Part shown: piece by piece, positions 55,707-64,000 of the stretch
Layout of the letters: every line of letters starts with the position of its first letter
How positions within the stretch are numbered: the stretch's first letter is position 1
Assembly: GCA_002414865.1 (NCBI GenBank)
Contig: DIAQ01000095.1
Location: 21,430 to 85,429, forward strand
Length of the DNA: 64,000 nt
DNA from: a candidate division Hyd24-12 bacterium UBA5074
GTDB lineage: Bacteria; Fermentibacterota; Fermentibacteria; Fermentibacterales; Fermentibacteraceae
Direction: 5' to 3'
Position numbers and translations under genes: made by a program
The notes under the pieces: generated by a model
The model's database searches: none
Told to the model about the DNA's origin: nothing
What the model saw: the letters and a program-made list of their open reading frames with translations, nothing else

Positions 55707-56780
55707 TTAGGCGCCCGGCTTCAGCCTGAACATCCTCCCGGGGAGCTGCTCGACCACTCCCGCCATCTCGAGCTCGAGGAGCCGCGCGAGCAGCTCGGGG
55801 GCAGGGCGCGACAGCCCCCTCACGAGCTCGTCGAGATGGACTGGGCCTTCGCAGAGGGAGGTGGCGATCTCCTTCAGGATGCCCTCCAGCCGGGCGGCGG
55901 GCGCCTCCCGGGACGAACTCCTCCTCTGCAGTCCGATCGCGTCGAGCACGTCCGAGGCCGATGTGACGACGCCCGCACCCTCCTTCAGGAGGCGGTTCGT
56001 GCCCCGCGAGCCCCCTCTCAGTATCTCGCCCGGCACCGCGAGGACGTCCCTGCCCTGCGCAAGGGCTGCGTCGACCGTGATCATCGTCCCGCTCCTGTCG
56101 CCGGCCTCGACCACGACCACCGCGCTGGAGAAGCCGCTGATGAGCCTGTTCCTCCTGGGGAAGTTCCAGGCGTCGGGCTCCGTGCCCGGGGGGAACTCGC
56201 TGACGAGGCAGCCGCGAGCCTGGATTTCCGCGGCCAGCCGCACATGCTCCCGGGGGTAGATGATGTCTATGCCAGAGCCCAGCACCGCGAGAGTGGATCC
56301 CCCCGCCTCGAGGCAGCCTCTGTGGGCTTCTGCATCGATGCCCCTCGCGAGTCCGCTCACGACGCCCACCCCTTCGGCGGCGAGCTCCCTCGACAGCATC
56401 CGGGCCACTCCGAGCCCGTAGGGGGATGCCCTGCGGCTTCCGATGACCGCCACGGCCGGCCGCTCGAGGAAGCCGGTCATGTCTCCCAGCCAGAACAGGG
56501 CTGCGGGCGGATCGGGGATGTCGCGGAGGACCGCCGGGTAGCCCGGCGAGGACAACCAGGTGCCGCCAGCTCCGGATGACTGCAGGTAATCGATCGCATA
56601 TCCGAGTTTTTCGGGATCGGGCGCTCCCGATGGATGCGAGACCCTGAGCCTCTCCACCGCTTCAGGGGGATCGCAGGCCAGCAGGAGGGATCTCAGGAAG
56701 GCGGCGCCGGCTCCGCTCCAGCTGCAGGCTTCGACGAGGCTTCCGAGGCCGCCGTGCGCGCCTGCTTCACTCTTTCCCAC
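55707..56780 (-). CDS. dprA: DNA-processing protein DprA (Smf).
   Basis: Rossmann-like core RPAVAVIGSRRASPYG...VVSGLARGIDAEAHRG...RNRLISGFSSAVVVVEAGDRSGTMITVDAAL. The start is uncertain: the ORF begins with GTG at 56780 and overlaps obg by 88 nt, and an alternative GTG exists at 56657. Confidence 0.8.
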   Translation of the reverse strand: MGKSEAGAHGGLGSLVEACSWSGAGAAFLRSLLLACDPPEAVERLRVSHPSGAPDPEKLGYAIDYLQSSGAGGTWLSSPGYPAVLRDIPDPPAALFWLGDMTGFLERPAVAVIGSRRASPYGLGVARMLSRELAAEGVGVVSGLARGIDAEAHRGCLEAGGSTLAVLGSGIDIIYPREHVRLAAEIQARGCLVSEFPPGTEPDAWNFPRRNRLISGFSSAVVVVEAGDRSGTMITVDAALAQGRDVLAVPGEILRGGSRGTNRLLKEGAGVVTSASDVLDAIGLQRRSSSREAPAARLEGILKEIATSLCEGPVHLDELVRGLSRPAPELLARLLELEMAGVVEQLPGRMFRLKPGA

Positions 56781-57715
56781 AGAACGGACAGTAATCGATC
56801 CACCCCCTCGCCGGTTGCCGCGCTCAGCGAGACCGCGCCTCCGGGGAGGGACGACAGCATGCCGTCCACCTCGCCGGGCGGGATCGTGTCGGACTTCGAC
56901 AGTACGATCATCCCCTCGGCCTCCGCCAGGGTCGGCGAGTACTTCGCGAGCTCCATCCTGAGTGTGACGAGCTGCTCGGACGGGGAGGCTTCGAGGTCCG
57001 GAGCCAGGAGGAATACGAGCAGAGAGGTCCGCTCCACATGGCGGAGGAACCTCAGGCCGAGGCCCGCTCCCTCTGATGCCCCCTCGATGAGACCTGGCAG
57101 ATCGGCGACCACGAAGCTGCTGCCCAGTCCCATGCGCACGACGCCCAGGCAGGGGTGCAGGGTGGTGAACGGGAAGTTGCCGATCTTGGGGCGCGCGGCG
57201 CTGATCACCGAGAGGAGGGTGGACTTGCCCGCGTTGGGGAATCCCACGAGGCCTATATCAGCCATAATCTTGAGGTCCATGGCGATACGTCGCTGTTCAC
57301 CCGGCCTGCCCGGTGTGGAGAACCTGGGGGCCTGTCTGCGCGAGGTCGCGAACCTGGCATTCCCGTGGCCGGCGGATCCTCCTCTTGCGACGATCATCGT
57401 CTGACCTTCGTCCGTCATGTCCGCCAGCACCTCGCCCGTCCCGAGGTCGGAGATGATCGTGCCGGGCGGGATCGAGAGCACGAGGTCCCTTCCGCTCCGA
57501 CCGGTCTTCTTCGAGCCCGAGCCCGGCTTTCCGTTCTCGGCCCTGAACGAGGTTCCGGAGATGAAATCGGTAAGAGTGACGAGCTTCACGTCGACCAGGA
57601 GGATCACGTCCCCCCCGCGGCCTCCGTCTCCACCGCTCGGTCCGCCACGGGGGACGAAGGCCTCCCTGCGGAAGGCCACGGCCCCGTCTCCGCCGCGCCC
57701 TCCGGCAACGTCCAC
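56693..57715 (-). CDS. obg: GTPase Obg/CgtA.
   Basis: Glycine-rich Obg fold GGRGGDGAVAFRRE...GGPSGGDGGRGG. G-domain GLVGFPNAGKSTLL, DLPGLIEGA, SKSD. GTG start at 57715. The conserved Obg N-terminal strand RFVDRVVV is encoded in-frame immediately upstream with no canonical start (see findings). Confidence 0.85.
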   Translation of the reverse strand: MDVAGGRGGDGAVAFRREAFVPRGGPSGGDGGRGGDVILLVDVKLVTLTDFISGTSFRAENGKPGSGSKKTGRSGRDLVLSIPPGTIISDLGTGEVLADMTDEGQTMIVARGGSAGHGNARFATSRRQAPRFSTPGRPGEQRRIAMDLKIMADIGLVGFPNAGKSTLLSVISAARPKIGNFPFTTLHPCLGVVRMGLGSSFVVADLPGLIEGASEGAGLGLRFLRHVERTSLLVFLLAPDLEASPSEQLVTLRMELAKYSPTLAEAEGMIVLSKSDTIPPGEVDGMLSSLPGGAVSLSAATGEGVDRLLSVLWERVKQARTAASEASSKPAAGAEPAPPS

Positions 57716-57760
57716 GACAACCCTGTCAACGAATCTCGATTCCGTCGCACACCCCCGGGG

Positions 57761-57796
57761 AAAACGGGCCCGCCTCAGACTTGCTGGGGCGGGCCC
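57761..57796 (-). terminator. Putative rho-independent terminator on the minus strand, between the TPR lipoprotein gene and obg.
   Basis: 9-bp GC stem GGGCCCGCC (57766-57774) paired with GGCGGGCCC (57788-57796), a 13-nt loop, followed on the minus strand by GUUUUCC (57765-57759). Confidence 0.4.
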
Positions 57797-57817
57797 TGGG
57801 CAATCCTGTCCGGACCT

Positions 57818-59428
57818 CTATTCGCTGTAGCGGCGTACTCTGTCGATCTTCTCCTCGCAGAGCGCGATGGCGTTGGTGGCGGCGGTCACCATCTCCTGGG
57901 CCTGGCCCGAGCGGTAGCCCGAGACCTGGCTCAGGTAGCTGACGGCGGACTGGAGGTTCTGGATGGCTTCCTCCCAGATGGGGATGTTGGCCACGACCAG
58001 CTCTGAAACCTGCGCCCCCCTGGAACCCGCCTGGTAGTAGAAGGCGCCGACCATGTAGTTGGCAACCGGATCGTTGGGATAGGCGCTTCGGAGCCTGGAG
58101 AAGACCTGCTGCATCGTCCCGTACTGCCCGCTGTCGCGGTAGACGGTTGCGAGAAGCATGTAGGCCTGCCTGTCCCCCGTGGAGGAGATGACGGACTCGA
58201 GACGGTTCACGGCGTCCGTGGTGCGACCGGCACGGGCCTCGAGCTGGGCCGTGTAGATGGCCAGCTGAGTGTTGTCCGGCTGCTCGGCCAGGACGATTAT
58301 CGCGTTGTCGGCGGCATCGGCATGGCGGCCCACCTCGGAATATGCGGACACCAGCTTGAGCCTCAGATTGGTGAACGACGGGTTGCTCGCGAGGACGGAT
58401 TCGATGTTCGGGATCGCCGCCTCGTTGTCGCCGAGCTGCATGTAGAGAAGCCCCAGGGCATACCTCGCCTGGAGGTTCTGGGGGTTCTGGGCGACTGCGC
58501 TCTCGAAGCTGGCGACGGCCTCGTCGACCATGCCCATCGAGGTGTATGCGGTCGCCAGTCCGACATATGCCGATGCGTTGTCGGGATTCGCGGCGATGGC
58601 CCTGTCGAAGTAGTCCTTGGCCTCGGGGGCGTTGTCCCGGGCCAGAAGAACCTGGCCTATGCCGGCGAGAGCATCGGAATTGTTTGCATCGGAGGCGAGG
58701 ATCTCCTCGTATATGACTTGCGCCCTGTCCAGGGAGTCGATGTCGGAGCGCATGTAGATACCCGCCAGATCGAGCCTGGCCTGGACGAGGCCGGGGTCGA
58801 CCTGGAGCGCCTGCTTCAGTGAGGCGATGGCCATGGGCCAGTTCTCGACGCTCATGTGGTACTCGGCCATGCTGAGCGCGTTCTGAGCCCTCTGGCCCAC
58901 CTGCTCCTGGATCGACCGGACCATCGCATCGGCGAGGGCCGAGACCTGGGCGTTGTCCCTGATCACGGTGGAGGGTTGGGGCGTGACCGTGCTGCCCGAG
59001 GCCACGACGCCGATGTTCCAGCTGACCTGATAGGGACCCTCGCCCGATGGCGAGACGAAACCGTACACGACAAGGTCGGCCTGGACCGCTCCGGCCGCGG
59101 AGCACGCTATGTCCGGCGGCACTCCGTACTGGAAGTCGGACGGGTTGAATCCGAGATCGGAGAAGGCGTCCTCGAGGTCCCCACGGTCGACGAAGGCGTA
59201 GTCGGCCGATTCGTTGAGTTCTGATTCGATTGCGTCATAAAGCTTTCCGCTGATCCATCTCGAATCGGAATCGCCGTATCCGAAAGGCACGACGGCCACG
59301 TTGACCGGGCCATCCGTGCCGCCGGGAGAAGCGACCGCCTGGCCGCAGGCCAGGGCCGACAGACAGAAGCCGAACAGGCCCAACCTGGTCAAGATATCCT
59401 CCTTGATGAACCGGTAAACTTCATTCAT
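57818..59428 (-). CDS. TPR-repeat lipoprotein.
   Basis: ATG at 59428. Signal/lipobox LGLFGFCLSALACGQ. At least 8 TPR-like repeats (AIASLKQALQVDPGLVQARLDLAGIYM...). Confidence 0.75.
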   Translation of the reverse strand: MNEVYRFIKEDILTRLGLFGFCLSALACGQAVASPGGTDGPVNVAVVPFGYGDSDSRWISGKLYDAIESELNESADYAFVDRGDLEDAFSDLGFNPSDFQYGVPPDIACSAAGAVQADLVVYGFVSPSGEGPYQVSWNIGVVASGSTVTPQPSTVIRDNAQVSALADAMVRSIQEQVGQRAQNALSMAEYHMSVENWPMAIASLKQALQVDPGLVQARLDLAGIYMRSDIDSLDRAQVIYEEILASDANNSDALAGIGQVLLARDNAPEAKDYFDRAIAANPDNASAYVGLATAYTSMGMVDEAVASFESAVAQNPQNLQARYALGLLYMQLGDNEAAIPNIESVLASNPSFTNLRLKLVSAYSEVGRHADAADNAIIVLAEQPDNTQLAIYTAQLEARAGRTTDAVNRLESVISSTGDRQAYMLLATVYRDSGQYGTMQQVFSRLRSAYPNDPVANYMVGAFYYQAGSRGAQVSELVVANIPIWEEAIQNLQSAVSYLSQVSGYRSGQAQEMVTAATNAIALCEEKIDRVRRYSE

Positions 59429-59490
59429 TGGTCTTCAAGTCCCTTGAATATGCCCTTGCAGGCCCGGCCGAACAACCGGTCCTCCCTGTT

Positions 59491-60102
59491 CTACCCCTGT
59501 ATCCATACAAGGTTGCGCCCTGCCGATCCGGTTCGCCTCCATGAGTGCAGCCCTCCCGAGCAGCAGGTGCACTCCGGCGAGACCAGCACAGGGCAGCCCA
59601 GGCCACGGGCGGCTGCCTGGGCGATCGCGGCCGACCTGAGGTCGAGCCGTCCCGATCCGGATGCCGCTCCGGGGCAGGCGGAGAGGACCGCCTCCCTGAC
59701 AGCCTCCCCCACGGAGTAGCAGAGGCCGCATATGCAGGGTCCGATGACGGCTGCGAACGGCTCCCCGGGGAAATCCTCCACGAGCTTGCCGATCACTCCG
59801 GCCGCCAGGCCCCTCCAGCCGGCATGAGCAGCTCCGAGCCACTCCGCCCCGAGCAGGAAGAAGGGCACGCAGTCGGCAGCCTTGAGGCCGGGGTGCCGCG
59901 GGCCGCGCCTGACGATCATGCCGTCGGCCTCCTCGCCTCCGCGAGGCTCGCGGAGGATCGTGGAGCCGTGCACCTGGTGGAGGAAGACGACGTTGTCGTT
60001 CTCCCCCGGCTCCTGACCCCCGAGGCCGCGGATCCTGAGCGAGCATCCCCCCGGTAGCGCCGCTCCGTCACCGGGGCGGAGATCCGACAGCTCCATCTTC
60101 AT
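59491..60102 (-). CDS. pgeF: Peptidoglycan editing factor PgeF (YfiH/DUF152 laccase-domain family).
   Basis: ATG at 60102 with AGGAGA Shine-Dalgarno. LHQVHGSTI...AADCVPFFL...AAHAGWRGLAAGV...IGPCICGLCYSVG. The upstream 500 aa of ORF 59491..61617 are a different frame of dinG and rejected. Confidence 0.8.
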   Translation of the reverse strand: MKMELSDLRPGDGAALPGGCSLRIRGLGGQEPGENDNVVFLHQVHGSTILREPRGGEEADGMIVRRGPRHPGLKAADCVPFFLLGAEWLGAAHAGWRGLAAGVIGKLVEDFPGEPFAAVIGPCICGLCYSVGEAVREAVLSACPGAASGSGRLDLRSAAIAQAAARGLGCPVLVSPECTCCSGGLHSWRRTGSAGRNLVWIQG

Positions 60103-61955
60103 ACTTCTCTCCTGCAACCGCATGCAAAGGCCAGCGCGTCCTCCTCGCAGACCTGCCGGAAGGCCGGGAGGGAACCCAGGATCAGGCGTCCGTAGGCGGC
60201 GGTTCGCGCCCTGCGGTCGAGGATGGCGACCACACCCCTGTCCGTCTCGGATCTCAGGAGTCTCCCCACGCCCTGTCTGAGCCTGATGACTGCGCTCGGG
60301 AGTGTCAGCTCCATGAACGGGTTGCCTCCCACCCCTTCTATCCGCTCGAGGCGGGCCGCAGTGAGCGGATGCCCGGGGGAGGGAAACGGGAGCCTGTCGA
60401 TTATCACCGCCTGGAGAAGCTGGCCGGGCAGGTCGACACCCTCCCAGAACGTCGCGGTGCCGAGGATGATCCCCCCGGGATCGGCTCTGAACCTCTCCAG
60501 GATCGCGCTCTTGGACTGCATCCCCTGGACGTGCAGCCCGAGGCCGGGGATCGGCCGGCGGAGAGCCTCCGCAGCGGTGAGGTTGAGGTTGCGCAGGCTG
60601 GTGAAGAGGACCATGGTCCTGCCGCCGAGAATGCCGGCGAACCTTCCAGCCCAGTCCCAGGCGCATCTCGCGAGAGCTTCGTGCTCGTCGGGCCCGGGGA
60701 GGTCCCCGGGAACCAGGAGGACTGCCTGGTTGCCGAAGTCGAAGGGGCTCCCGAAATCCTCCGCAGCTGATGCGTCGGGAGCTCCGAGCCTCTTTGCCGA
60801 GTAGGAAAAGCTCCCGGCGACCGTGAGAGTCGCCGAGGTGAGCACGACCGAATCGAAGTGCGAGTAGACCTGCGCGGCCAGCTCCCTGCCCGGCTCGAGC
60901 GGCGCCGCTCTGAGCCTGCAGCTCCTGCCGGGACCCTCCAGGAACAGGCAGTTCTCCTCCCTGTCGGCCCCCAGGATCCCCTCCGCGCTCGAAGCGATGG
61001 CCTCGACCGCCCTCCGGGCCGGCTCGAGCCTCTCGCCCGGCATCGCGCCCGCCAGCCCCCTGGCCTCGCGGGCCACGCCATCGAGCTTCTCCCGGTTCTC
61101 CTCGAGGTCCCACCGGACCGCTTCGGGCACTCCGGGCAGCAGCAGCTCGAGGCATCCCAGAAGCGCCCTCGCCCTGTCCAGCAGAGGGATCACCTCGTCG
61201 GGGTCCGCTCCGCTGCAGGCTATTCCGTCGAACACGGGGAGCATGGCGCCCTGTGTGAGGGACCAGCCCAGGCACTCCGAGGCGGCATCCTCGAGCCTGT
61301 GGCCCTCGTCGGCCACGAGGATACCGGCCTCCGGAAGCATCTCGTCGGACAGGAGCGCGGTCACGAGGAGATGGTGGTTCAGGACGAGGAGGTGCGCCCG
61401 GCGGGCTTCCGCCCTGGCTTTCATGAAGAAGCACTGGGAGCGGCGGGGGCACTTCTGGGCCAGGCAGTCCGCCGAGTCCGATGTGATGCGTGAGAGCGCC
61501 TCCTGCCCGAGCTCCGAAGGCAGCTCCGACACGTCGCCCGTCGTCGTCCCGTCGGCCCAGACAGCCAGGGCGTCCTCCACGAGCCCCCCTGGTTGCACGC
61601 CGAGTTTGCGCAGACACAGATAATTCCTGCGCCCCTTCAGGATCGCGGCCCCGGGCTCGATTCCGAGAGCGCGGCCCAGGTCGGGGATGTCCCGTTCGAA
61701 AAGCTGGTCCTGCAGTGTTTTCGTGGCCGTGGACAGGAAGACGCGCGAGGCGCCCTGGAGCATGGCGGGGACGAGGTAGGCGAGGCTCTTGCCCGTCCCG
61801 GTGCCGGCTTCGAAGAGGTGGATGCCCCCCTCCTCGATCGCGGAGGCAACGGAGAGGGCCATGGAGACCTGCCGTTCCCTCACGCGGTAACCCTCGATTG
61901 TCTCCAGGGGTCCGTCGAGGAAGGCCGCGGCGGTCGCCTCCCGCAGGGAGCTCAT
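60099..61955 (-). CDS. dinG: DinG/Rad3-like ATP-dependent DNA helicase.
   Basis: ATG at 61955 overlaps the recJ TGA stop (ATGA). Walker A EAGTGTGKSLAYLVPA, DEGH box LVADEGHRLED and C-terminal helicase motifs. The upstream R-rich 360 aa of ORF 60099..63044 are rejected. Confidence 0.85.
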   Translation of the reverse strand: MSSLREATAAAFLDGPLETIEGYRVRERQVSMALSVASAIEEGGIHLFEAGTGTGKSLAYLVPAMLQGASRVFLSTATKTLQDQLFERDIPDLGRALGIEPGAAILKGRRNYLCLRKLGVQPGGLVEDALAVWADGTTTGDVSELPSELGQEALSRITSDSADCLAQKCPRRSQCFFMKARAEARRAHLLVLNHHLLVTALLSDEMLPEAGILVADEGHRLEDAASECLGWSLTQGAMLPVFDGIACSGADPDEVIPLLDRARALLGCLELLLPGVPEAVRWDLEENREKLDGVAREARGLAGAMPGERLEPARRAVEAIASSAEGILGADREENCLFLEGPGRSCRLRAAPLEPGRELAAQVYSHFDSVVLTSATLTVAGSFSYSAKRLGAPDASAAEDFGSPFDFGNQAVLLVPGDLPGPDEHEALARCAWDWAGRFAGILGGRTMVLFTSLRNLNLTAAEALRRPIPGLGLHVQGMQSKSAILERFRADPGGIILGTATFWEGVDLPGQLLQAVIIDRLPFPSPGHPLTAARLERIEGVGGNPFMELTLPSAVIRLRQGVGRLLRSETDRGVVAILDRRARTAAYGRLILGSLPAFRQVCEEDALAFACGCRREV

Positions 61956-63631
61956 TGGCGCACCGGACGCATATCCTTGATATGGATCACTATATCCTCG
62001 CCACCACGGTACGTGTCGAGGCGCAGCGAGTAGGCCAGCTCGTAATCGATTTCGGCATCGGGCAGAACTGCACCCATCCCGAAGGCCACCGCCCTCACGC
62101 TCCTGTCGCCCGTCCGGGCCTGGCAGGAGAAGTGCTTCCCGTCGCCCATCCGCCTGGGCTGCAGCATCCTGATCCCGCTGGTGATCCAGACGGGCTCCTC
62201 GTTCGCCTCTCCGAATGGCTCCAGGAGCCTGATGGACCTGGCCAGACCCGGCGTGAGATCCTCTCCGGCGAGCCTTCCGTCCAGATAGACGACAGGCCCC
62301 GTGAAGCTCTCCGAGAAGCCCGCCGCGGCCTTGTCGAACCTGGCCGCCAGCTCGTCGATAACGTCCATCCTGAAAGTGAGCCCGGCTGCCTGCCTGTGTC
62401 CTCCGCCCGAGACGAGCAGGTCCGAGAGCGACTGCAGTATCGTGTTGAGGGGAACCCCGGGGATGCTGCGCGCAGAACCCCTTGCGAGGCCATCCCCGCC
62501 GATGGAGGCGAGCACGACGGGAATCCCCAGCTCGGAGGACAGCCGGGAGGCGGCGATGCCGACCACGCCAGGGTGCCAGCCCCTGTCCGCCAGGAAGATG
62601 CTGGAGCGCCCCTTCTGCCTGGACGCCTGCTCGAAGGCTTCCTCGCACACCTTCCTGTCCAGCGTCCTCCGGAGGCTGTTGATCTTCTCCACCTTCGCCG
62701 CGAGGGAGGCGAGGGCGGCTCCGTCCTCGCACAGGAGGAGCTCGAGCGCGTCGGCGGCGCTGCCCACCCTCCCGCAGGCGTTCAGCCTGGGGCCGATGCG
62801 GTAGGCGACATCCTCTCCCCTCAAGGGGCCCGGGGCTATGCCCGACGATCTGGCCAGGGCGGTGAGGCCGGGCACCGCGCCCGACGATATGGCCCCCAGT
62901 CCGCAGGAGGCGATTGTCCGGCCGTCTCCCCTGAGGGGGACGACATCGCAGATGGTGCCCACGCAGGCCAGGGCCAGCGCCTTGTCCATATCCCCATCGC
63001 CGGATCCGGAAAGGACCCGGAGACCTCTGCAGGCGTGGAAGCACAGGCCTGCCGCGGACAGCTCGCCGGCTGATCCGGCATCTCCTCCGAGCCTCGGATT
63101 CGCGATGAGCCCTTTCGCGAGAGCCGTCCCCTCGGATTCGTGATGATCGATCACCACCGTGTCGATCCCGGCTTCCGCGAGCTCGGCGGTCTCCGTGGCG
63201 GAGCTGGTCCCGCAGTCCACCGCGAGCAGCAGCGAGGGCTTCCGTGCGAGGCAGAGATCCACCGCTGTGCGGCCGAGGCCGTAGCCATCGGGCGCCCTCT
63301 CGGGAACCCTTGCCTCCACGCAGGCACCCGCAGAGCTAAGGGCGCGGGTCATCATCGCGGCCGAGGTGAGGCCGTCGGCGTCGTAGTCACCCCACACGAC
63401 GATCCCGGAATGAGCGAGGCAGGCTCCGGCGAGGCGCTCGACCACCTCCCCCATCCCGGGCACGGAATCCCACCCGGAGAGGTCCTCCATCGAAGGGCGG
63501 ATGAAGCTGCCCGGAATCCGGATGCCCCGCCTGGCCAGCAGATCTGCGAGCGGCCGTGGCAGGTCCGGATCGGATGCGGCGATACCGCTCGCCCCGGGGG
63601 GCGAGGGACGGGCGATCCATCTCTTCCTCAT
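61952..63631 (-). CDS. recJ: Single-stranded-DNA-specific exonuclease RecJ.
   Basis: DHH motifs VVWGDYDADGLTSAA and TVVIDHHE, a DHHA1 domain and a C-terminal OB fold. Confidence 0.9.
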   Translation of the reverse strand: MRKRWIARPSPPGASGIAASDPDLPRPLADLLARRGIRIPGSFIRPSMEDLSGWDSVPGMGEVVERLAGACLAHSGIVVWGDYDADGLTSAAMMTRALSSAGACVEARVPERAPDGYGLGRTAVDLCLARKPSLLLAVDCGTSSATETAELAEAGIDTVVIDHHESEGTALAKGLIANPRLGGDAGSAGELSAAGLCFHACRGLRVLSGSGDGDMDKALALACVGTICDVVPLRGDGRTIASCGLGAISSGAVPGLTALARSSGIAPGPLRGEDVAYRIGPRLNACGRVGSAADALELLLCEDGAALASLAAKVEKINSLRRTLDRKVCEEAFEQASRQKGRSSIFLADRGWHPGVVGIAASRLSSELGIPVVLASIGGDGLARGSARSIPGVPLNTILQSLSDLLVSGGGHRQAAGLTFRMDVIDELAARFDKAAAGFSESFTGPVVYLDGRLAGEDLTPGLARSIRLLEPFGEANEEPVWITSGIRMLQPRRMGDGKHFSCQARTGDRSVRAVAFGMGAVLPDAEIDYELAYSLRLDTYRGGEDIVIHIKDMRPVRQ

Positions 63632-63642
63632 CTTGCTCAGGG

Positions 63643-64000
63643 GGCGCAGGGTCGGACTGTAAGCCGGGTTCTGTATCGCCTCGCGGCGACGGCGGCCATT
63701 CGTCTGGGATCCCGGTCGCCCGGGACCTCTAGCGGCCTACCCGGAGGTGGTTGGGGGAGCGGGCAGCTCCCCGTCCGGCCGGAGCCGGACTCCCTCCCTA
63801 TTGGGCCTTGCACCGGGCGAGGTTTGCCGTGCGGATCCGGTTGCCCGGATCCCGGTGGGCTCTTGCCCCACCTTTTCACCCTTGCCCGCACTGGGCGGGC
63901 GGTTTCTTTTCTGTGGCACTTTCCTGCCGTTGCCGGCACCGGGTGTTGCCCGGCGCCCTGCCCTGCGGTGCCCGGACTTTCCTCCCGCCTGCGGCGGGCG
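63643..64000 (-). ncRNA. rnpB: RNase P RNA (bacterial type A), 5' end truncated by the window edge.
   Basis: The minus strand carries GGGAGGAAAGTCCGGGC (P4 5' strand) at 63975-63991, GGGTGAAAAGGTGGGGCAAGAGCCCACC, GGCAAACCTCGCCCGGTGCAAGGCCCAATAGGGAGGG, and 3' ACAGAACCCGGCTTACAG. The 3' end lies about 12 nt from the recJ start. Confidence 0.85.

Noticed and set aside
59491-63044. Very long composite ORFs 59491..61617 (708 aa) and 60099..63044 (981 aa).
   Set aside because: Their N-terminal portions are R/G-rich off-frame readthrough across the neighbouring gene. Only the C-terminal parts starting at internal ATGs 60102 (pgeF) and 61955 (dinG-like) show real motifs, and both have Shine-Dalgarno or ATGA coupling.
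63637-63939. 100-aa ORF on the minus strand.
   Set aside because: It lies entirely within the RNase P RNA gene.
1-64000. CRISPR arrays, transposases, integrases, tRNA genes and prophage genes.
   Set aside because: No direct-repeat/spacer periodicity, no recombinase-like ORFs and no tRNA-like cloverleaf-conserved stretches were seen. The window appears to be core chromosome plus a pilus accessory locus.

Overview
This is a 64 kb segment of a high-GC (about 68%) bacterial chromosome. The organism is probably diderm, because BamD-like, LolA-like and SurA-like genes and many lipoproteins with lipoboxes are present. Genes are extremely compact and almost all are on the minus strand. Most junctions are 1-20 nt overlaps (ATGA, GTGA, TTGA), and GTG/TTG/CTG starts are common. 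Note that the supplied ORF track prints alternative start codons as M.

Confident housekeeping calls, all on the minus strand except pepF and tyrS: pepF, fmt, def, yajC, ftsX, ftsE, mfd, upp, tyrS, dapA, dapB, pilT, nadD, rimO, ftsK, aroE, dprA, obg, recJ, a DinG-like helicase, pgeF, and a 5'-truncated RNase P RNA at the right edge.

The accessory and interesting content is:
1. A seven-gene minus-strand pseudopilin/minor-pilin operon (45950-55546). It contains a 1297-aa giant prepilin, three PilX-like genes (one with FG-GAP-like repeats) and three short GspG/H/I-like pilins. Immediately upstream is an AT-rich palindromic regulatory region. On the other flank are two tandem membrane HD-GYP genes, one with a degenerate catalytic motif. 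A GGDEF gene lies at the far left of the window, and pilT sits about 17 kb away.
2. An HU DNA-binding domain fused to a CBM48/AMPK-beta glycogen-binding-like domain, apparently initiated at CTG with a perfect GGAGGT Shine-Dalgarno.
3. A HydE/BioB-like radical SAM domain fused to shikimate kinase, overlapping aroE and a B12-binding radical SAM gene.
4. An AMMECR1 + Memo pair without the cognate radical SAM gene, translationally coupled to dapA-dapB.
5. A tandem array of four SurA/parvulin chaperone paralogs downstream of mfd.
6. Paralogous repeat-domain lipoproteins.
7. An obg gene whose conserved N-terminal strand is encoded upstream of the first canonical start codon.

No CRISPR array, transposase or integrase was seen. 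The many long G/R/P/V-rich antisense ORFs in the track are high-GC artefacts.
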